A stretch of DNA of 56,354 nt from Girardia tigrina (taxonomy: Eukaryota). Below are positions 53,246 to 56,354 of the stretch, piece by piece. The stretch covers positions 1 to 56,354 of the forward strand of contig MQRK01237215.1 in the NCBI GenBank assembly GCA_001938485.1, written 5' to 3'. A program made the translations under genes and the position numbers. Numbering within the stretch: position 1 is the first letter of the stretch; every line of letters begins with the position of its first letter. Under the pieces are notes generated by a model. It saw only the letters and a program-made list of their open reading frames with translations, did not search any database and had not been told where the DNA came from.

Positions 53246-53288
<43 letters not shown>

Positions 53289-55013
53289 TATAATTGTCTG
53301 TTTTTTTAATTACTCATTTTTTTCTCTTTCAGAATAAATCAAATACACAGTGCAGGTAAAACGTGCAGTTGTTTATTTTATGTGGAAGGAAGGCACATCG
53401 CCAGCTAACATTATGAAATGTTTATCCCGAATATTTGGTGATGCAGCTATGTAAAGAAAAGCCGTCTACAAGTGGGTGCAAAGATTCGAGAATGGTCAAC
53501 AATTGTTGGATGATGACAGCAGGAGCGGTTTACCAACAACCTCATCAACTGTGGAAAAATCAAAAGCAACTGAGAAAATCATTGTTGGTGATCGACGTGT
53601 CAGTGTTAAGATATTTCTGCCCTTAACGACATGTGCCAAGTTCTGTACACTACATATCACAGAGCTCCAAATGAAGAACTTTTCTGCGAGATTGATCCAA
53701 CGACTTCTTACTGATGTCATGATGTTCAATCACGTGACAGCTTGCCAACAACTGCTGCAAAGGGGTTTTAGACGACAATTGTTACAGTTGACGAGACATG
53801 ACTGCTGTTCTATCTTTCTGAGACAAAGAGCAATTAAAGCAAAGGGAGGGAAGTCCTTGTAAAGGTCATGGGCACAGTATTTTGGGATTGTGATAGGATT
53901 ATATTAATTATCTCGCGAAAAGAGTAACAATCAACAGTGCCTACTACAGCAAACTTTTGCAAAAGGATCTTTGTCAAGCTCTGAAAAACAATACGTTGTG
54001 GGAAATTACACCTCTTTTGCAACACGACAATATGACTCCAAAGGCAATTACTCCCTCATCCTATACATTTGCCAGAACTCGCGTCAAGGGATTACCACCT
54101 ATTTTCTACAATCAAGAAGCCACTGCGAGAACACCACTTTTGCGATGTCGAGGAAATGCGGAAAACCGTCAACAACAGGACCTATTGTGCACACAAAGAT
54201 TTCTTCTTTATGGGCAATCGAAATCTAAAGAAGAGCGTGCGAGAACGAGGTGACTTTATTAAGAAATTTGACGATGATTCTGATGATGAGTAATATGTTA
54301 ATATTTCATTTTTCTTGGCTTCAGTTTTATTTTTCGACGAACTTATGGGATGCCTCTCAAATCATTAAAAAATTACAAACAAAAACATATAATTTAATTA
54401 TTATAGTATATGGAGATAAAAAGAGATTAAACTAACTTTTCCCAAAATTTGTAAAATTCAGTATCGGTCAACCGAATATTTATTCTACACATAGCTTCTC
54501 TCAACTGGGGCATAAGTAGAATGGCATTCGGCTCAAAGCATGAAGCTGGGAGTAAATCTTTTAAATCAAATGATTCTTCCAGAGCTGCCATTTTTAAGCG
54601 ATACAATGCATTTGTCGCTCTGATTTTTTGATGACTACTCTTTGTATCACAATGAGCAGAATACACGGGCTTTTTCGCTAATATTTTAAATTCTTTTTCA
54701 ATATTGTCGAAGAAATAAACCGTTAACTTATCCAAATTACATCTATACAAATATCCAGAGGAATAAGGAAATTAAGAACCTAACTTACATACTTTCGTAA
54801 AAGGATTTCGAATTGTTCGTAAGTCAAATTAGGACAGAGTTTGAGTAAGATTGCAAATAATTCTGATCTTGATATAAAAATATAAAAATGAATGGAAAAA
54901 CTAATAATAGATTACTTCACTACATAACCTTCCTTATTTTTACAAATATCAGCAAAAAGTCTTCTAACTAACACTCTTTCTTCAGTCATTTTGGAATGTA
55001 TCATTTGCTCAAC
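16239..55013 (-). CDS. EFCAB6: EF-hand calcium-binding domain-containing protein 6-like, whole spliced gene model (18 exons, about 848 aa from 55013; 5' end uncertain)
   Basis: Hand-spliced exons with matching phases give one open frame (2547 nt including stop) of repeated EF-hand pairs. The N-terminal part (VEQMIHSK...KSELFAILLKLCPNLTYEQF) and C-terminal part (WKNLLSAFKSLD...LSNDDLYHILTNFDRNMDQKIDYFEFI) resemble EFCAB6 as I recall it. Orthology was not tested by search. Confidence 0.8.
16839..17156. mobile_element. piggyBac-like MITE (decayed)
   Basis: TTAA|CCTTTCC...CGTGCT and AGCATAGTACTGGAAGGG|TAAG imperfect TIRs. Confidence 0.55.
17252..18817. repeat. Tandem and inverted cluster of Helentron-associated (HINE/DINE-1-like) units
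   Basis: Three direct units (about 17252, 17447, 18189) with a (TGTC)n(TGTT)n microsatellite, the first two starting with a CCACGTTTTT subTIR; about 120-bp arms at 18071-18185, 18488-18618 (inverted) and 18694-18817. Confidence 0.7.
17906..18070. other. Assembly gap (others at 22925-23198, 25859-26003, 31813-31968, 48402-48404, 51433-51508)
   Basis: N runs. Confidence 1.
19005..19172 (+). pseudogene. LTR-retrotransposon gag-like N-terminal fragment, cut by a Tc1-like insertion
   Basis: LPEKYRKGNNVETFIEECETFF resembles the gag P..F....NVE.F...E.FF motif; truncated at TA 19174-19175. Confidence 0.5.
19176..20880 (+). mobile_element. Long-TIR Tc1/mariner-superfamily element (rosa/DD41D-related, DD47D spacing), right end truncated
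   Basis: TA|CAGGGT start; 19247-19414 is inverted at 20713-20880; transposase 19581-20700 with FSD(K)AHF, FMQDGARPH, WPPYSPNLNPCDYFL and GFHFENLL*. Confidence 0.9.
21320..21800 (+). mobile_element. Decayed Penelope-like 3' end with a mutated hammerhead
   Basis: CNCYI and ILKVFIK..P.LSNN traces, then CTGATGA-TGATAT..ACATC-GACA at 21748-21775. Confidence 0.45.
21817..23311 (-). mobile_element. mariner element with frameshifted transposase (ATG at 22914)
   Basis: TA-flanked TIR TTAGGGTGAA.CAAAAGTCTTTTCGTATTTT; motifs RSGRP, EVPHELT, DEKW and LPHPAYSPDLAPSDYHIF. Confidence 0.93.
23199..23235. repeat. (TA)n microsatellite
   Basis: Read directly; adjoins a gap. Confidence 0.95.
23877..24059. mobile_element. 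GC-rich island, possible short solo LTR
   Basis: Termini (G)GTAGTTC / GAAGCCACA form an imperfect inverted pair; flanks tattc/tattt. Confidence 0.4.
24849..24902 (-). CDS. EFCAB6: EFCAB6-like exon (KSKNTYHLSEVREVLRRA)
   Basis: Follows a 48-nt intron; GTAAGA donor, phase 0-0. Confidence 0.85.
24951..25050 (-). CDS. EFCAB6: EFCAB6-like exon (FNYVEFLKEF...KLVDK)
   Basis: cttttag/GTATTT boundaries, phase 2-0. Confidence 0.88.
25305..26120. mobile_element. pogo/Tigger-like non-autonomous element nested in a mariner relic
   Basis: TA-flanked TIR CCGTGTTTCCCCGA.AGTAAGACA; flanks rejoin as GRPLTPVNEDVIQIEVEKNHCQT|MKCLADKL. Confidence 0.88.
26585..26670 (-). CDS. EFCAB6: EFCAB6-like exon (AFILKYFPHLSKIEASNLIKSFDFNKNGR)
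   Basis: ttcag/GTCAGT boundaries; EF-hand loop DFNKNGR continues in the next exon as FNYVEF. Confidence 0.88.
27430..28260 (-). pseudogene. Decayed Tc1/maT-like transposase
   Basis: YVFQKDDTPVH, a PDLNPL-like region and an L.MVA.LI motif. Confidence 0.6.
28600..29087 (-). mobile_element. Non-autonomous deletion derivative of the Buster element at 6622-8816
   Basis: Perfect TIR CAGGGCTTCCCAA and TSD gtgtaaac; both ends align with 6622-6960 and 8685-8816. Confidence 0.93.
29210..29757 (-). mobile_element. Probable solo LTR
   Basis: GC-rich block with TGTTTTGC...GCGAAGACA termini and a minus-strand TATAAAA; no clean TSD. Confidence 0.55.
30347..30499. mobile_element. Possible 153-bp solo LTR
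   Basis: TGTATC...GATACA inverted termini; flanks aaaa/ataa; GC-rich interior. Confidence 0.5.
31070..31154 (+). mobile_element. Helitron 3' end
   Basis: Hairpin ACCCGTC-ctatat-GAGGGGT followed by CTAG|T; similar to 32120-32201. Confidence 0.6.
31458..32201 (+). mobile_element. Non-autonomous Helitron interrupted by a MITE
   Basis: 5' T.TATATATATAAAA start; 3' hairpin GTCAT-at-ATGAC and CTAG|T. Confidence 0.55.
31674..32077. mobile_element. TA-flanked MITE with internal AAATAGTAGGTG repeats
   Basis: TIR ACGGATAACAT.AAATAGT / ACTATTTCATGTTATCCGT; contains an assembly gap. Confidence 0.8.
32400..33200 (+). pseudogene. Decayed mariner transposase
   Basis: DEKWI, YWDSTQVVHFEFLEPGQIIN, LQRDN and APSNYYL in the expected order. 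Confidence 0.75.
33286..33463. mobile_element. piggyBac-like MITE
   Basis: TTAA flanks; TIR CCGTTAACCTCATACTAC. Confidence 0.85.
33523..33782 (-). CDS. EFCAB6: EFCAB6-like exon (YFDKNIE...ILEKMKPIIHQYWEDIKSYF...YQMN)
   Basis: ttttag/GTAAGT boundaries, phase 1-0; overlaps ORF 33511..33756. Confidence 0.85.
34300..34500 (-). pseudogene. mariner fragment
   Basis: IRNCLHAMGKVCRLLKEVPYQLSE corresponds to the WVPHEL linker region. Confidence 0.6.
34547..34711. mobile_element. hAT-type MITE with CCCGA subterminal repeats
   Basis: TIR TAGAGAT.GGCA / TGCCCATCTCTA; 8-bp flanks atacagat/atgcaaat. Confidence 0.75.
34741..34982. mobile_element. piggyBac-like MITE
   Basis: TTAA|CCCATTAATGCCGA ... TCGGCGTTAATGGG|TTAA. 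Confidence 0.88.
35030..36000 (-). pseudogene. Decayed piggyBac (PGBD4-like) transposase
   Basis: FEYFFQEDFVNIIVTETN and MFKQFRPSKKSRLG motifs. Confidence 0.7.
36290..37200 (-). mobile_element. Penelope-like retroelement 3' portion (RT C-terminus, GIY-YIG endonuclease, pLTR)
   Basis: RNMIKGLIFRSWALSS, DNGYS, FIYQYTCNGCNATYIGETSRYLCKRIQEH and EALYIRSLDPKINVQ. Confidence 0.9.
36352..36412 (-). ncRNA. Minimal hammerhead ribozyme motif (Penelope pLTR)
   Basis: CTGACGA-T-GACGG-ttaaa-CCATC-GAAA, palindromic ATTAAT helix III and AUA cleavage triplet; one helix II mismatch. Confidence 0.75.
37203..37782 (+). mobile_element. Internally deleted Tc1-like element
   Basis: Inverted AAAACCAAAGGATTTT ends; C-terminal TTVDELKSALLLAW...RLRKC...GHFEHL*. 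Confidence 0.75.
39082..39090 (-). CDS. Candidate 9-nt microexon (GTAAAAAAA) of EFCAB6-like gene
   Basis: Strong ttttctttcag acceptor 48 nt after the previous donor, then 9 nt and a GTTAGT donor; frame-preserving. Confidence 0.55.
39139..39296 (-). CDS. EFCAB6: EFCAB6-like exon (EKSDITPRELRIIW...IKERID)
   Basis: tttcag/GTAAGT boundaries, phase 2-1. Confidence 0.85.
39943..40013 (-). CDS. EFCAB6: EFCAB6-like exon (HYKYFDQRHLKIFTENQFYELLKH)
   Basis: ttttag/GTAAGT boundaries, phase 0-2. Confidence 0.85.
40500..41600 (-). mobile_element. Decayed DNA-transposon relic, possibly CACTA/EnSpm-like
   Basis: Inverted similarity to 10030-10220 and weak D..RS/FNG..SC-like traces. Confidence 0.3.
42600..43200 (-). 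mobile_element. Penelope-like reverse transcriptase C-terminal fragment
   Basis: EFTIESGVDNKLPFLEILVTR...SEVYRKTT and MIKGLVHRVWNSS. Confidence 0.8.
43760..44760 (-). pseudogene. Decayed mariner transposase
   Basis: QWIPH*LTEDHKRQR, DN.HP and PPYSPDM motifs. Confidence 0.75.
45950..46800 (+). pseudogene. Decayed Tc1-like transposase
   Basis: VQLIAKKELNLHPYKL and SPDL.P..DF motifs. Confidence 0.55.
46906..47138. mobile_element. piggyBac-like MITE with an internal AATATGTCATA tandem repeat
   Basis: TTAA|CCCTTAGTAGCCT ... AGGTTATTAAGGG|TTAA. Confidence 0.8.
47292..47415 (-). CDS. EFCAB6: EFCAB6-like exon ending at a GC donor (VKVSTQ...RRFHFIDK)
   Basis: taag acceptor; AAG|GCGAGT donor, phase 0, matches the exon at 40013. 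Confidence 0.8.
47459..47494 (-). CDS. EFCAB6: EFCAB6-like 36-nt exon (GHKCKPLCPYPP)
   Basis: tttag/GTAATT boundaries, phase 2-2, between 51- and 43-nt introns. Confidence 0.7.
47546..47725 (-). CDS. EFCAB6: EFCAB6-like exon (KKSDSKYTVDQNAFREAI...YYKPFLYQFSNP)
   Basis: aacag acceptor, GTGAGA donor, open frame, degenerate EF-hand pair. Confidence 0.82.
47818..48267. mobile_element. Tc1-type non-autonomous element
   Basis: TA|CAGTGTATGGTGAAAGTACCCGA is imperfectly inverted at TCGGCACGCTTTCATCGATACA. Confidence 0.55.
48268..48674 (+). mobile_element. Probable Gypsy-type solo LTR
   Basis: TG...CA termini with 4-bp ACAA on both sides, GC-rich interior and AATAAA near the 3' end. The left TG could instead belong to the adjacent TIR. 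Confidence 0.6.
49289..49480. mobile_element. Tigger/pogo-like MITE
   Basis: TA|CAGTGAAA...TTTCACTG|TA with subterminal GTGGCC motifs. Confidence 0.8.
49886..49999 (-). CDS. EFCAB6: EFCAB6-like exon (QYEDIG...MKLMEELQ)
   Basis: Follows a 50-nt intron; the GTTCGT donor gives the phase 2 needed by the next exon. Confidence 0.8.
50050..50312 (-). CDS. EFCAB6: EFCAB6-like exon (FEAPYQAMLVVFSHYDDRNRGKI...)
   Basis: EF-hand loop DDRNRGKITIEE; AG/GTATTT boundaries. Confidence 0.88.
50910..51380 (-). pseudogene. IS630/Tc1-like DD34E transposase C-terminal fragment
   Basis: IIDNVLFH...YLSPWSPQLNPIEEFFS with 34 residues between D and E; ends CQGFYRSMQRWLEKA. Confidence 0.85.
51409..51432. repeat. 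(TA)n microsatellite
   Basis: Read directly; adjoins a gap. Confidence 0.95.
51509..51540 (+). ncRNA. Minimal hammerhead motif (5' CU hidden in gap) in a (TA)n-flanked Penelope-like pLTR fragment
   Basis: ..GAAGA-T-GCC-gaaat-GGT-GAAA with palindromic ACGCGT helix III and GUU triplet. Confidence 0.6.
52430..52618 (-). CDS. EFCAB6: EFCAB6-like exon (DDKHIGAGG...YDSVMENLYYI)
   Basis: ttcattacag acceptor, GTGAGT donor, 189 nt, phase 0-0. Confidence 0.8.
52673..52862 (-). CDS. EFCAB6: EFCAB6-like exon (FDKLNIGSIPMTHLFMML...); donor uncertain
   Basis: ttttag phase-2 acceptor completes the EF-hand WEK|FDKLNIG. The only phase-0 GT donor found near the end of the frame is a weak GTCACA. Confidence 0.7.
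53049..54359 (+). mobile_element. mariner element (decayed) with a probable 5' intron
   Basis: TIR GAGAGG.ATC.CA.AAGTTCGT.GAAAA; AVYKWVQRFENG..DDSRSGLP, VMGTVFWD, LQHDN and ASRDYHLF. Confidence 0.88.
53248..53285. repeat. (TA)n microsatellite
   Basis: Read directly. Confidence 0.95.
54437..54742 (-). CDS. EFCAB6: EFCAB6-like exon (CNLDKL...LLPASCFEP...EFYKFWEK)
   Basis: Lies in ORF 54427..54750; tag acceptor, GTTAGT donor, phase 2-2. Confidence 0.85.
54793..54867 (-). CDS. EFCAB6: EFCAB6-like exon (SELFAILLKLCPNLTYEQFEILLRK)
   Basis: AG/GTATGT boundaries, phase 2-2, flanked by 48- and 50-nt introns. Confidence 0.85.
54916..55013 (-). CDS. EFCAB6: EFCAB6-like exon (VEQMIHSKMTEERVLVRRLFADICKNKEGYVVK)
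   Basis: ttttcag acceptor (alternative aacag gives start 55039), GTAATC donor, followed by 48-nt intron. Confidence 0.8.
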
Positions 55014-55142
55014 CTGAAAAGAAGGTATTCCTTTAAGGGCTGTTCATTATAAATTTGAATAAACGTAAATAAAAATTCTTATCAATATTTTGTTTAACCG
55101 ATTTAGTTTTAATTTGTTATAATTGTTAACTCTCATACGAAC

Positions 55143-55175
55143 CTTTAAAAAATCATATAGAAGATCCTCATGAAA
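55143..55175 (-). CDS. Putative upstream exon of EFCAB6-like gene (FHEDLLYDFLK)
   Basis: CTAAT branch-like motif, aag acceptor and GTTCGT donor; phase 0 joins the exon at 55013. Alternative models exist. Confidence 0.35.
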
Positions 55176-55699
55176 CTTGTAGTGGGATTTGAATTAGTTT
55201 GGAAAGAAATGTGAATTTGGTTCAAAAATCTGAAAAATACTATCTTAAAAAATACGGATTTGTAGAAACTATACCATTTTAAAATAAAGCTTGGGTGAAA
55301 TTTTATCTGAGGATCATAACTAGTAAATCAAGAAATTAAATTTTTTATATCCATTCTTTATGCAGACGGAACTCTACTTTGCCAACAAAGTTTAAATTAC
55401 AAAAATAATTAAAAAACACAATAAAAATCAATATAAACTACTTATAATTTATAAGTAGATCTTTTTCTGTTAATATTGTTCTGGAACTCTGAATTTTCCG
55501 TTTTTCCCATTTTGAGATCTTAAAAAGTTTTTTCTTTATCAAATTTTCACATAATCATTTATTGTCATCTAAAATGAATAAGTGTGCAAAGTTTAAAGAA
55601 AATTGATTGAGTCAAACGCCTTCAAAAATAGTAAAAAGTAAGCTAATATAAAGAATGGAAAAAGGGTAAATAAAATTGCGTTTTCGTGATTGTATATAG

Positions 55700-56270
55700 A
55701 ATCCTATATCGATGAGTATTACATACGTCAATAAATTTGACAAACTTGAGGATTAGCGAATATAAAGAAATTCTTCCGTATTCCCTCCTCCCTTTTTCCC
55801 AACAAGAAAAAACATTTTTCTATACTAACATAGGGTGGTTTTCAGATTACAAAAAGTACATTACTATTCTGCATCAAGAGCAACAGCATCTTCTAACCCG
55901 TGAGGAAAATGTGCGACGAATTAAAGATTTTGTCCTCGAAAATGGGTACTTTTCGGGAACACATTGCGAAAGTTCATCCAAATCCTCTCCGGATCGATCC
56001 CCGGAGAATATACTGTTGGAATGGCCTCCTCTGGTAAATCAAATTATATCTGGATTGATGGTAAACTGGCAACAGGTACCAAGATGATTCCTTTGACAAC
56101 GGATTTTTCGATATAACTCAAAAATGATGCATCACATATAGAATTTATTGAAGTCGACCGAGAGAGAGAAAGTTATGAATTCAATGACGGGTAGAGATAT
56201 CGAGCTGAAGTTTTTACTTGAAAATTACGCAAGTGCTGCAATTCAAAGAAAACTGTCATAAGCATCACAT
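55700..56270 (+). pseudogene. Decayed Tc1-like (DUF4817-type) relic
   Basis: TREENVRRIK and WPP..PR*.PL...DFF traces. Confidence 0.45.
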
Positions 56271-56327
56271 CTCCCTATTTTTGTAGTAAACATGATAAAT
56301 TTATAAATTTTTATTAATTTCTTATGT

Positions 56328-56354
56328 TATATATATATATATATATATATATAT
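56328..56354. repeat. (TA)n microsatellite
   Basis: Read directly; runs off the end of the window. Confidence 0.95.

Noticed and set aside
55143-55229. Alternative genetic code to explain the in-frame TAA
   Set aside because: All other exons are stop-free under the standard code, and TE ORFs end in TAA normally.

Overview
AT-rich eukaryotic genomic DNA with assembly gaps. It looks like an invertebrate; the 43-54 nt minimal introns and the TE mix are planarian-like, but that is a guess. One host gene can be reconstructed by hand on the minus strand: an EFCAB6-like multi-EF-hand protein with 18 phase-compatible exons between 55013 and 16239 (about 848 aa; 5' end unresolved near 55.0-55.3 kb). 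It has a GC-AG intron, a 36-nt exon and a candidate 9-nt microexon or recursive splice site. Its large introns and the downstream 16 kb are filled with transposon relics: Buster- and Tip100-type hATs, mariner/Tc1, pogo-type and piggyBac MITEs, Helitron/Helentron pieces, solo-LTR-like islands, and several Penelope-like retroelements ending in minimal hammerhead ribozyme motifs. The most unusual items are a pogo-type TIR element carrying a retroviral-type integrase remnant, intron-containing Tc1/mariner transposases (one with DD47D spacing), the hammerhead set, and the AG|GT microexon site. No intact transposase, tRNA, rRNA or CRISPR was seen. All family calls come from motif recognition, not database searches.
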